A DNA stretch of 64,000 bases, from positions 1,965 to 65,964 of IMG/VR virus record IMGVR_UViG_2900277485_000004; one strand, 5' to 3'. The notes below the pieces were generated by a model that was given only the letters and a program-made list of their open reading frames with translations, did no database searches and was not told the origin of the DNA. The stretch is from a virus (taxonomy: Duplodnaviria > Caudoviricetes). Positions 8,685 to 17,009 of the stretch are shown piece after piece. The translations under genes and the position numbers were made by a program. Every line of letters begins with the position of its first letter. Position 1 is the first letter of the stretch.

Positions 8685-8941
8685 GCCTCGACGTTCGAAT
8701 TGCGGGATTGACGGGCTTCGGCAGACCAGCGCCGGATGTCGGCAAGCGGATCGGCCAGGATGGCAGCGCAGTGACGCTCAGCGGAGGCCACCACAGCCTC
8801 GCAGGCGGCGTTAATGGCTGGGCTGGCGACAGGCAGCAGCACTAAGGCTGCTTGGGCGCCAGTGGACCGCGTGGCGCGATCGAAGGCCGAGCTAGGGGCG
8901 CGGCGCTTGGACGGGTCGGGGATGCGGGGCGCCCAGCGCAT
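8681..8941 (-). CDS. Hypothetical protein
   Basis: Start MRWAP at 8941; coupled to neighbours. Confidence 0.4.
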   Translation of the reverse strand: MRWAPRIPDPSKRRAPSSAFDRATRSTGAQAALVLLPVASPAINAACEAVVASAERHCAAILADPLADIRRWSAEARQSRNSNVEA

Positions 8942-9117
8942 CACTGGCCCCGGATCGCAAGGAAGACCTGGATCGCCAGCGGCACAGCGACTGGCGAAAG
9001 GGCGAGGCAGAGTGCGATGAGGAAGCCGCACTCACGACCGCGCTGATGTTCAGCGTCGTTCTGAGCCTGCTCGTCAGGGGTGAGGGGCCAGTGAGCGGGG
9101 CGGGAGATGGGGCGCAT
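8941..9117 (-). CDS. Small membrane protein
   Basis: MRPISRP...GFLIALCLALSPVAVPLAIQVFLA hydrophobic C-terminus. Confidence 0.45.
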   Translation of the reverse strand: MRPISRPAHWPLTPDEQAQNDAEHQRGRECGFLIALCLALSPVAVPLAIQVFLAIRGQ

Positions 9118-9368
9118 CACAGCCACGCCTGCACAAAGACGGTGCCGGCCGCGGCGACGATGAAGAGGCATGTCGCGCTGAAGTAGGTCTTCGCCTTCGC
9201 TACTTGGCGAGCGCGGACCTGATCCGGCGCCATGCCGAGCATTCGGCGATAATCAGCCGGGCTCAGGCGGGGGATGGAGACCTGTTCGCAGTTATGGCGC
9301 ACGCCCTGATGGCGGCCGGCGAACTGGTCGAGATGGTGGGGGTGAAGGACGTTCGGCATCGGGGCCAT
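9117..9368 (-). CDS. First gene of the PL operon, C-terminal TM helix
   Basis: Starts just downstream of the PL operator/promoter. Confidence 0.55.
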   Translation of the reverse strand: MAPMPNVLHPHHLDQFAGRHQGVRHNCEQVSIPRLSPADYRRMLGMAPDQVRARQVAKAKTYFSATCLFIVAAAGTVFVQAWL

Positions 9369-9386
9369 CCGTGCTGGGATGGCCCT

Positions 9387-9430
9387 ATAATCGCGATTTC
9401 CGCGATTAGGTCAAGCGGTCAATCGCGATT
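9387..9430 (-). promoter_or_regulatory. OL/PL: leftward promoter with repressor operators
   Basis: Palindrome AATCGCGATT at 9389-9398 and 9421-9430; minus-strand TTGACC (9414-9409) with a -10-like GATTAT 16 nt downstream. Confidence 0.7.
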
Positions 9431-9442
9431 TTGTCGATCGGC

Positions 9443-10144
9443 CTAAAAGCGCGTACCGGAGCGCATGAAGTCCAACACGAACCCGATCACTTTCACGCTA
9501 TCGGCTTCGCCATCTTCGACGATGAGAGGATCCTGGAAACGCTGGTCGTCGCTATCTGGCCACAGCTCCCACGAGCCATCCGAACCCTTGCGGACCTGCT
9601 TAACGGTCGTTTCCTTGAGCCCGCCCTTCACACGCTCGGCAACGACCCAGTCCCCCGCTCTGAATGAGCGAGGAGCTTCGCCTATATCGAGCATTATGAC
9701 GTGGTCGCCATCTCTGGCTTGACGGTTTATACTCTCGCCGCGCACTACTAGTGCACGCACCGCCTCCGGACTCCACCGTGGGTCAGCAAGGTATGGGATG
9801 GTGTACTCTGCGAAATCCACGTAGTGCATATCGACGAACGCCCCAGCCGCGACTTCGCCCAAGACTTTAACGTAGGACACTTTTCGCTCAGACGGGGCGG
9901 TTGTCAACGGCGGCTGCTCGCCGAAAAAAGCACTTATGCGGCTCAGGTCCTCGGCTTTGATCGTTCGCTTGCCGGAGAGCATACGGCTCATTGTGTCGGC
10001 GCTCACGCCGATCGCCGCCGCTAGCTCCTTCTGCTGGATGCCCCGAGCCTCGATCTGCCCGACGACCCACTTTCGCAGCATAAGCCGCTCTCCGTTTTTC
10101 TGAACGCGTCGTCGGGTTGTCGGCGGCTTGATCGCGGTTGTCAT
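9443..10144 (-). CDS. cI: CI-like repressor (XRE HTH + S24 peptidase)
   Basis: QQKELAAAIGVSADTMSRMLSGKR HTH; VAAG cleavage site; RGESIN Ser and TVKQV Lys catalytic motifs; divergent from cro; start could be 10081. Confidence 0.9.
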   Translation of the reverse strand: MTTAIKPPTTRRRVQKNGERLMLRKWVVGQIEARGIQQKELAAAIGVSADTMSRMLSGKRTIKAEDLSRISAFFGEQPPLTTAPSERKVSYVKVLGEVAAGAFVDMHYVDFAEYTIPYLADPRWSPEAVRALVVRGESINRQARDGDHVIMLDIGEAPRSFRAGDWVVAERVKGGLKETTVKQVRKGSDGSWELWPDSDDQRFQDPLIVEDGEADSVKVIGFVLDFMRSGTRF

Positions 10145-10184
10145 TCGCCTAATTCCCAACGCATCTGGAGAGGACGATAGACAA

Positions 10185-10223
10185 AAACGCGATTGAGGTT
10201 GACACCAATCGCGATTTCCGCGA
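10185..10223 (+). promoter_or_regulatory. OR/PR: rightward promoter with operators
   Basis: TTGACA at 10199-10204; AATCGCGATTTCCGCGA at 10207-10223 identical to 9389-9405; near-copy AAACGCGATT at 10185-10194. Confidence 0.75.
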
Positions 10224-10234
10224 GTGTGCGCCTC

Positions 10235-10546
10235 ATGAAGCGCCGTGACCACTCCATCGTTCTGAGGCGGGAGCCCGCCGCGTCCGTCATCCAAAAGTTG
10301 GGTGGGATTGACGCGGTAGCGGATCACCTTGGTCTCCATCGTAGTCGTGTCTGGGCTTGGATGCGGCCGTTCAGTCGCACACAGCGGTCCGGCACGAACG
10401 GCACCATTCCGCAAAAGCATCACGTGAGGTTGCTAGATTTTGCGCGACTGAAGGATGTGCCGATGACTGCTGGCGATTTTCTTCCGCGCGAGCATGTAGA
10501 ATGCCGCCGTCCTTTGCGCGACCAGCAGACAGGGGCGGCGGCATGA
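10235..10546 (+). CDS. cro: Cro-like regulator
   Basis: VIQKLGGIDAVADHLGLHRSRVWAWM...GTIPQKH; divergent from cI. Confidence 0.8.
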   Translation: MKRRDHSIVLRREPAASVIQKLGGIDAVADHLGLHRSRVWAWMRPFSRTQRSGTNGTIPQKHHVRLLDFARLKDVPMTAGDFLPREHVECRRPLRDQQTGAAA

Positions 10547-10689
10547 GCGCTCGCGCCCCTTTCATATGGGCCACATGGCTCGGCGTGCTTGCCGTCTCGA
10601 TCGTCTACGCGGTTGAGGCAGAGCGCCCACTGACGCGCCAGCCCAATCCCCTCAACGGTCCCATCCACATCCTCACGCAGGAGCGCTGA
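10543..10689 (+). CDS. Small membrane protein
   Basis: MSARAPFIWATWLGVLAVSIVYAV; ATGA overlap with cro. Confidence 0.5.
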   Translation: MSARAPFIWATWLGVLAVSIVYAVEAERPLTRQPNPLNGPIHILTQER

Positions 10690-10692
10690 GCC

Positions 10693-10947
10693 ATGGCTGA
10701 CGTGATCTCCGAATTGTCCGAGGACGGACACGTCAGGGCGATGATGCGCCTGGATCGCCAGCCTGACGGCTCGCTGATGGTCGAGATTAATGACGGCGGC
10801 CCGAACACCGCTCAGATGCGGTTGACGCCGGAGAAGGCTGCGCTTCTCGCCGAGATCGGGTTCAGATTTGCGACCGAGTGGTCGCCGGCCCTCGCTCCCG
10901 ATCGCGTCAACGGCCGCATCGCTGCTGCCATGCAGAGCGGCTTCTGA
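10693..10947 (+). CDS. Hypothetical protein
   Basis: GGAG RBS; tiled in the PR operon. Confidence 0.6.
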   Translation: MADVISELSEDGHVRAMMRLDRQPDGSLMVEINDGGPNTAQMRLTPEKAALLAEIGFRFATEWSPALAPDRVNGRIAAAMQSGF

Positions 10948-10950
10948 GCG

Positions 10951-11238
10951 ATGTCGGAACGCTCCCTTTCCATGGCGCGCATCCGCGCTGACTTCGCGGC
11001 TCTCGGCACTATCGTCGCAGTTGCAAGAAAGCACGGGGTTTGCGTCGAAACGATCAGGCGTCGGGCTCCTGATCTCTGCCGCGGCCCTCAGCCTGGATAC
11101 AAAGATCCGGAAGTTCGTGCTGCCTTTCTGCATTGGGCGGGCCTCACAATGGATGAGGTCAAGAGCCGGACGGGTCTCGGCTACGAGGCCATTATCTCGG
11201 CTGTTCGCGCTCGCCACGTCCGCCAGCAGGGGGCGTGA
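10951..11238 (+). CDS. Hypothetical protein, possible HTH
   Basis: VARKHGVCVETIRRR and LTMDEVKSRTGLGYEAI helix-turn-helix-like segments. Confidence 0.55.
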   Translation: MSERSLSMARIRADFAALGTIVAVARKHGVCVETIRRRAPDLCRGPQPGYKDPEVRAAFLHWAGLTMDEVKSRTGLGYEAIISAVRARHVRQQGA

Positions 11239-11457
11239 GCGATGGTCGCCCCGACATACCGTTTCTCCCCTTTCGATCGGCAGCCCAACAGCCTTGCTGC
11301 TGATCGAGACGCGCCCGGCCGCCCTTGCGCAAGCCCCCCTCGTGCCCCGGCCGGGCGCACCCCCTTCGCCGAGATCGCTCGCCATGCCGGCGACGATGCG
11401 CCCGGTGAGCCTTCCGACCTGTTGGCTCCCGGGCGCCACCCCTCTTCCGCTGCGGAG

Positions 11458-12081
11458 ATGGACCATGCGCAAGCCTCGCTATCGTATCCTGTTGTCGGAC
11501 GGCCGGTGCCAGATGTGCACTCACGACGGCTGGGTGACCCTTCTGAGGATCGCGCCGCCGGTCTTCTGCATCTCGCTCGCCGTCTAGAGCGTGGGGCTCG
11601 GGATGCTGGTCGCGTCGCTGGCAACCTCGACATCCTGGCGGCTCGCCTATCGGTCCCCGTGGGCCTTTGCGAAAGCTACAGCCACCAGGGCCTTGCCTAC
11701 GCGGTGAACGAACACGCCGAGCACGCGCAGTTGCTCGCGGATGCCCATGCGGTTGTCGTTCGCATGGCGGCTTACCCCGAAATCATGGATGTTATCTCGG
11801 CGCTTGAGAATGGCGGCGAGGTAGTTGTCAGGACGGCAGAAAGTCACGCGTCCTCGTCGTGCCACGCCGCCGGCGTCCGGTCCTGCAAGACCGGCGCCGT
11901 TGGCGGTGAACACAACCCGACCTCTCGGCCTCGCAAGCTCTGGTCGGGCATCATCGACTTCGTATCGGCGGGACACCGCAAGTCCTCCAGTCCTGCGCAT
12001 CAGTCTGCTCCCGCTGTGGTGATCAAAGAACACCACAGGAGTGATGTCAGGTGTGCCAAAACTCGTGGCAGGGTCGCATGA
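11458..12081 (+). CDS. Hypothetical protein (boundaries uncertain)
   Basis: In-frame ATG after GGAG; competing ORFs overlap. Confidence 0.35.
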   Translation: MDHAQASLSYPVVGRPVPDVHSRRLGDPSEDRAAGLLHLARRLERGARDAGRVAGNLDILAARLSVPVGLCESYSHQGLAYAVNEHAEHAQLLADAHAVVVRMAAYPEIMDVISALENGGEVVVRTAESHASSSCHAAGVRSCKTGAVGGEHNPTSRPRKLWSGIIDFVSAGHRKSSSPAHQSAPAVVIKEHHRSDVRCAKTRGRVA

Positions 12082-12446
12082 CCTCCTTAGCGTTCGAAGC
12101 CGCCGAGGGGCTGAAACAGCTCGCTGAGCCCATTCCGGCTGGAGATAAGATCAAGGCGCAGATTAACCGGGCGGCTCGCGCCGCCGGGCTGTCCTACGCT
12201 CGCGCCTGGGGCATCTGGTACGGCAAGGCCCGCCGCATCGACGCTCACGAACTTGAGGCTATCCGCGCGGCCAAGATCCGTCGCGAGAAGGAAGCGTCGT
12301 ATGAGTTGGAAAGCATCGCGTCCGATTTTGAGGCGCTTGCACAGCGCATGTCCCGAGTGGCTGCGCTCTCGTCTGGGCAAGATGCTGATCGCGCTCGGGT
12401 ACTCGGTGACCGAATTCGGCGTCTGGCTAGCGGAGCCGGACGATGA
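12078..12446 (+). CDS. CII-like/HTH regulatory protein
   Basis: [31 protein letters not shown]; position downstream of cro. Confidence 0.6.
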   Translation: MTSLAFEAAEGLKQLAEPIPAGDKIKAQINRAARAAGLSYARAWGIWYGKARRIDAHELEAIRAAKIRREKEASYELESIASDFEALAQRMSRVAALSSGQDADRARVLGDRIRRLASGAGR

Positions 12447-12814
12447 GCACCGCGAATGGTTCTAGCGGGCGATATGGCCTCACCCCCAATCTGCGCGTGC
12501 TGCTGGACTACATCAGCGGTTTCATCGAGCGCAACGAGGGGATAGCCCCATCGTTCGATGACATGCGGGTGCACCTTGGGCTTCACAGCAAGTCCGGCGT
12601 TCATCGCATGGTTGGTCTCCTTGAGGAGCGCGGTTACATCCGCCGCCTCCAGCATCGCGCCCGCGCGATCGAGGTGATCAGGCAGGCGCACGCGGTGTCG
12701 CTGCCTGACGACGTTGACACCGTTCTGCGCATCGCAGCCGACCGCGAGGGCATACCGCCCGCGGCCTACATCGCACGAGCCGTTGAGGCCTACCTGCGGA
12801 GCCCGCAGGCATGA
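12443..12814 (+). CDS. LexA-type DNA-binding domain fused to an RHH-like C-terminus, no peptidase
   Basis: [46 protein letters not shown] closely resembles the alphaproteobacterial LexA N-domain. Confidence 0.8.
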   Translation: MSTANGSSGRYGLTPNLRVLLDYISGFIERNEGIAPSFDDMRVHLGLHSKSGVHRMVGLLEERGYIRRLQHRARAIEVIRQAHAVSLPDDVDTVLRIAADREGIPPAAYIARAVEAYLRSPQA

Positions 12815-13332
12815 CCGCGAAGCGCACCTATCGCCTCTCCGAGGCCGCGATCCGCCGGGCGACCTTCACGCACTGGAAACTCCTGCGCACGCCGGGCACC
12901 GCGATCATCAGCATCCCGAACGAGGGGGCCGATCGGCGCAACCGCTTCGTGGTGCTGGACCACATCGCCCAGGGAATGCTTCCGGGCGCACCGGACTGGG
13001 GCTGCTTCGGGCCTGAGCCGGGCAAGGTCCGTTTTCTGGAGTTCAAGGCCGACGACGGCAAGCTGAGCGACGAACAGCGCTCCTGCCACGCCCTGCTGCG
13101 CTCCCTCGGGTTCGAGGTCGAGGTCACCTGGGGCCGTGACGAGCCGATCATCGTGCTTGAGCGCTGGGGCATGTGCCGCGCTCCGGCAACCCGTTTGATC
13201 CCGCAAATGGAGACCGAAGATGAGCAAGCGCGTGGCCGTTCAGGATCTGCCTGTCCGCGTTCAGCGGATCATCAACAACGTGCGATCGGGGCAGATGCTC
13301 TGCCGTACCTTCCGCATGAAGGAAACAGGTGA
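12811..13332 (+). CDS. VRR-NUC domain nuclease (resolvase-like)
   Basis: IPNEG...GMLPGAPDW...[15 protein letters not shown]. Confidence 0.8.
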   Translation: MTAKRTYRLSEAAIRRATFTHWKLLRTPGTAIISIPNEGADRRNRFVVLDHIAQGMLPGAPDWGCFGPEPGKVRFLEFKADDGKLSDEQRSCHALLRSLGFEVEVTWGRDEPIIVLERWGMCRAPATRLIPQMETEDEQARGRSGSACPRSADHQQRAIGADALPYLPHEGNR

Positions 13333-13483
13333 AGGCGAGACGCTGTTCGCTTTCGAGCCCTCCGGTCGCTCCTGCGGCCCGAAGAGCGCCGAGGCGGCCA
13401 TCGGATCAGGTTGGCTCGTTCCGCAAGCCGACGGGCTGTTCGGCGCCGAAAGCTCCCAGACCTTCGTTGCCGCGCAGGTCTGA
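13220..13483 (+). CDS. Hypothetical protein
   Basis: GGAG RBS; 87 aa. Confidence 0.55.
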   Translation: MSKRVAVQDLPVRVQRIINNVRSGQMLCRTFRMKETGEGETLFAFEPSGRSCGPKSAEAAIGSGWLVPQADGLFGAESSQTFVAAQV

Positions 13484-13488
13484 CACCG

Positions 13489-13764
13489 ATGTCTGCCGCC
13501 TTCCGCCGCCCCAAACTCACGCACATGCCGCATCAGGTGTTTGCGCGGGAAGAGCGTGCGGCACAGCGGCTGGAACAGATCGCGCAGCACGACGAGCATT
13601 TCTGCGGTCACTGCGGTGTTGCCGGCGCTTCACGGGGCTTCAAGCGCCCCGGTTGGGCGCATGTCCGAGACGAGGCGATCTGGGCCTGCTTCGATGCTGA
13701 ATGCTTAGCGTGGGCAGAGAACGCTGTCGATAAAGATGACAGGCAGGGGAGCGAAGCTGCATGA
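13489..13764 (+). CDS. Hypothetical protein with CGHC/C motifs
   Basis: EHFCGHCGVAGASRGF...IWACF. Confidence 0.55.
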   Translation: MSAAFRRPKLTHMPHQVFAREERAAQRLEQIAQHDEHFCGHCGVAGASRGFKRPGWAHVRDEAIWACFDAECLAWAENAVDKDDRQGSEAA

Positions 13765-13885
13765 CCTCTTGCTTAACAGCAATCGACCGCTTTTGTGCGA
13801 CTATCTCTGCTGCATACGGTCAAATTAGGCTTGTGGCAATACTTACCGCGTACATTTTTCAGTCTGAGCAGAGGAGCGCGGAGGC

Positions 13886-14857
13886 TTGAGTATCGACGCC
13901 TTGCGCTGGGCTAAACGCCAGCGGACAGATAGCCCTACCCGCAAGGCCGTTCTCATGGTCCTCGCGGACTATGCCGACGAGCGCGCCCGCGCTTGGCCCT
14001 CTCAGGAGCGCATCGCCGACGAGACCGAGCTTAGCGAGCGGAGTGTCCGCACAGCCATTGGCGATCTCGTCAAGCTTGGGTTTTTGGTCCGCCAGATCCG
14101 CAGGCGCGACGACGGCACGCGCGGCACCGACATTCTGCACCTTCAGCTCGATTTCGACAGCCGGAAGGAGTTGCCGGCTGATAGCAAGCGGCAAGAGCTT
14201 CCGGCTGATCATCAACCGGCAAATGGCGTCAAACCAACCGGCAAATCACGTCGTATCAACCGGCAAATGGCGTCAAACCAACCGGCAGCAGTTGCCGGGA
14301 AACTACCAACTGAACTACCAGAGAACCCCCATCCGAACGGTTCCGATGCTAACGCATCGGGCAGCCCGGCTTCGCCGGACGTGCCTTTGCCGCTGTCTTT
14401 GGTCGATCAGCTCTGGATCGAAGGCAAGGCCGGCATGATGGGCAACGGGGTCTCGGAGCGCGAGGCCGGCAGCGTCATCGGTCAGGCTCTCAAAATCAGC
14501 GGCAACGACCACGGCCGCGTCCTTTGGGCAGTAACGGAAGCCATCCGGCGGGGCTCAGGCGATCCTAGGCCGCTCGTGATGCGCCTGATCCGCGGCCAGC
14601 CCGAAAACCGAAGCGCTGCGCCGCGAGCAAGTCCGGGCGGCTTCAGCAGACAAGGCACCCACCAAGTTCTAGCCGAGTTCATGGGGTACGGGCATGACCA
14701 GCATCACGACGAAGGTTCAGACCTCGACTTTGGCTCCCTCGCCGCTGACTCGGCAGATGGCGGATCTAACGGCGGTCTACACGAACCGGCTCGAAGAGAA
14801 CCCGAGCGATTTTCGGGGCCGCGTCATCTCCGCGTCGTTGGCTCCGACTGGTACTGA
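13886..14857 (+). CDS. Replication initiator (lambda O-like, N-terminal HTH)
   Basis: MSIDALRWA...KAVLMVLADYADE...AWPSQERIADETELSERSVRTAIGDL; internal iterons. Confidence 0.85.
   Translation: MSIDALRWAKRQRTDSPTRKAVLMVLADYADERARAWPSQERIADETELSERSVRTAIGDLVKLGFLVRQIRRRDDGTRGTDILHLQLDFDSRKELPADSKRQELPADHQPANGVKPTGKSRRINRQMASNQPAAVAGKLPTELPENPHPNGSDANASGSPASPDVPLPLSLVDQLWIEGKAGMMGNGVSEREAGSVIGQALKISGNDHGRVLWAVTEAIRRGSGDPRPLVMRLIRGQPENRSAAPRASPGGFSRQGTHQVLAEFMGYGHDQHHDEGSDLDFGSLAADSADGGSNGGLHEPARREPERFSGPRHLRVVGSDWY
14211..14287 (+). repeat. Iterons, putative replication origin
   Basis: CAACCGGCA at 14213, 14235, 14257 and 14279 (22-bp period); a 33-bp unit perfectly duplicated; inverted TTGCCGG copies flank it. 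Confidence 0.8.
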
Positions 14858-15491
14858 TCAAGACGCGCTTGAGGATCGGCGCGAGGAATTACGCGCCTCG
14901 CTCCGAGCTGATCCTCGCTCTGCGGCGGCCGAGGTGGCGAAGCTGCTAGCGACTTTCCCGAGCTACGGCATGGACGCCAATGCCGCGCGCCAGACGATCG
15001 CACTCTACGTCGAAGCCCTCGACAGCATTCCTACATGGGCCATCGAGGCTGCTCGCAAGCGGTTCTCCAAGGGACAGGCTAAGGTTCTGTGGGACTTCAA
15101 GTCCTGTCCGTCTTCGGCGCAGTTGGTGGGCGAGAGCCGGCACATGATGCTGGACGTTGAGGAGGAGCTTCACCGCCTCAACCTGATCCTCAACGCAACG
15201 ATCGTTGACACCGACACAACCGAAGACGAGCGCAAGGCGGCTCTGGCTCATTGGGAAACGCTGAAGCGCGAGATCCTGAACACTAACGGCGCCGACAGCC
15301 CGCGCAATCTTCAGGTCGAAGCGTTGCGCGAGACGAACCAGCGCGAGAAGCTGAAGGAGCACGCCAGGCTCGCCGCCGCCGGCATTGACCTGCCCGTTTC
15401 GGCTGATGGCCTGACCGTCTCTCAGTCCCTCCGCGAGAGCAACCAGCGCTATGCCGCCGAGCGCGGCATCCGCCTTCGGCAGGATGCCTGA
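14694..15491 (+). CDS. Putative helicase loader/replication protein
   Basis: Follows the initiator; YVEALDSIPTWAIEAARKRF...CPSSAQL pattern. Confidence 0.55.
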   Translation: MTSITTKVQTSTLAPSPLTRQMADLTAVYTNRLEENPSDFRGRVISASLAPTGTDQDALEDRREELRASLRADPRSAAAEVAKLLATFPSYGMDANAARQTIALYVEALDSIPTWAIEAARKRFSKGQAKVLWDFKSCPSSAQLVGESRHMMLDVEEELHRLNLILNATIVDTDTTEDERKAALAHWETLKREILNTNGADSPRNLQVEALRETNQREKLKEHARLAAAGIDLPVSADGLTVSQSLRESNQRYAAERGIRLRQDA

Positions 15492-15492
15492 C

Positions 15493-15759
15493 ATGCGCGT
15501 CCCCGAGGTCGCTGACCGTCTCCGCGAGAAGGTCGCAGAGCATTCGGATCCAGAGCTTGCGAGCCTAGCGGATCATCTCCGCAGGCGCCGTCCGGTTCGC
15601 AAAGCGAAGCCTGTCTCTGCAAGAATGACACCAGAGCTTGAGGCGAAGATCCAGGATTACGCCAGGCTCAACCCCAGCCAGCCCTACTCCGTCATCGCCA
15701 CGATGCACGGCGTCAACATCGGCCGGATCAGCGAGGCCCTTCGGGGCTTCCGGCGCTAA
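15493..15759 (+). CDS. Hypothetical protein with C-terminal HTH
   Basis: QPYSVIATMHGVNIGRISEALRG. Confidence 0.6.
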   Translation: MRVPEVADRLREKVAEHSDPELASLADHLRRRRPVRKAKPVSARMTPELEAKIQDYARLNPSQPYSVIATMHGVNIGRISEALRGFRR

Positions 15760-15760
15760 C

Positions 15761-16279
15761 CCCCTTCACCCTGAGGAGACAGTACGATGTCTGCGATGCT
15801 CGACGAAAGCGCGATCCTGTCTGCGAAGAGGCTTGGCCTTAGCGAAGAAGAGCTGAACGCGTTGATACAGACACGCCGGATGCTGGCGGAGGCTAAGATC
15901 GGCCACGCGCCAGGGGAAGGCATGGCTGGGTTTAACATGAACTATCAAGCCAAGCGCTGGGATTGCGGAGCGGCCTGTTGCATCGGCGGGCATATGTCTT
16001 TGCTGATGCAGGGTGTTCCATCCAGTGACGGCGTATTCGTGCTGACTCGCGAAGAGGCTATTACCGCCGGCGACTACGTTAATCGTAGGGAGTTTGATCA
16101 CGTTCTCAGCCCACTATTTTTCCCGAGAGAGCTTGAGGAACTTGATAACGATATAGGCGGGCTTTGGGACAAAATTACACCTGAGATGGCTGTCAGAGCA
16201 ATCGATAGTTTCCTCCTGACTGGAAATCCCAATTGGATAGTCGCTGTTTCCGTTGCCTAACCCCTTCACCCTGAGGAGA
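15761..16279 (+). repeat. 19-bp direct repeat CCCCTTCACCCTGAGGAGA flanking the 15787..16260 gene
   Basis: Exact copies at 15761-15779 and 16261-16279, each following a TAA stop and containing the RBS of the next gene. Confidence 0.85.
15787..16260 (+). CDS. Hypothetical protein (cassette between direct repeats)
   Basis: 157 aa; CGAACCIGGH motif; lower GC than the flanks. Confidence 0.7.
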   Translation: MSAMLDESAILSAKRLGLSEEELNALIQTRRMLAEAKIGHAPGEGMAGFNMNYQAKRWDCGAACCIGGHMSLLMQGVPSSDGVFVLTREEAITAGDYVNRREFDHVLSPLFFPRELEELDNDIGGLWDKITPEMAVRAIDSFLLTGNPNWIVAVSVA

Positions 16280-16286
16280 AGACACC

Positions 16287-16712
16287 ATGACAACCGAGAC
16301 CACCAAGCACGATCTGATCGCCCTCACCGCCGAGATCGTCACCGCCTACGTGGCGAAGAGTAGCGTTCCGCTGAGCGAGGTCCCTGCGCTGATCAGTGGC
16401 GTCTACGCCTCGTTGGACGGCCTGACAACGCCGCCGGCAGAGCCCGTCGTGGACCACACCGTCTCACCTGCCGCCATCCGCAAGAGCATCACCCCTGACT
16501 ACCTCGTCAGCTTCGTCGATGGGAAGCGGTATAAAACGCTCCGCCGTCATCTCAAGCGGCACGGCCTGACGCCTGAGCAGTATCGGGAGAAGTACGGCCT
16601 GGGCTACGAATATCCCATCACAGCGTCTTCATATTCGGCTCAACGCTCTGAACTCGCAAAGGGTTCTGGCCTTGGACAGAAGCGCGGGCGCAAGCCGCGG
16701 CTGGTGGCGTGA
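16287..16712 (+). CDS. mucR: MucR/Ros-family transcriptional silencer
   Basis: LTAEIVTAYV...VPALISGVYASL...IRKSITPDYLVSFVDGKRYKTLRRHL...LTPEQYREKYGL...YSAQRSELAKGSGLG. Confidence 0.92.
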   Translation: MTTETTKHDLIALTAEIVTAYVAKSSVPLSEVPALISGVYASLDGLTTPPAEPVVDHTVSPAAIRKSITPDYLVSFVDGKRYKTLRRHLKRHGLTPEQYREKYGLGYEYPITASSYSAQRSELAKGSGLGQKRGRKPRLVA

Positions 16713-16945
16713 TGAAACTTGACGAAAAACAGTTGGAGCGAGCATCCCGCGAATATTGCGACTTAATGGGCATTGATCCCAACGAGACCATTTCGCGCAA
16801 GCACCCTCACGCTGATCGGCCCCCTTATTTTGGCAAGCTCCTGATGACCAAACCACAGTGGGCGTGGGCAATGGATGACGTGCGCTCGATGATCGCAATG
16901 CGTGAAGCGATCTTGCGCGCTGAGGTTAAGTCACAGCCCGATTGA
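16709..16945 (+). CDS. Hypothetical protein
   Basis: GTGA overlap with mucR. Confidence 0.55.
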   Translation: MMKLDEKQLERASREYCDLMGIDPNETISRKHPHADRPPYFGKLLMTKPQWAWAMDDVRSMIAMREAILRAEVKSQPD

Positions 16946-17009
16946 TCTTGAGCGGCCGGGATCTCTCCCGGCCCTCTCCCCTCTCAGCGTAGCGTAGGAG
17001 ACAAGGACG

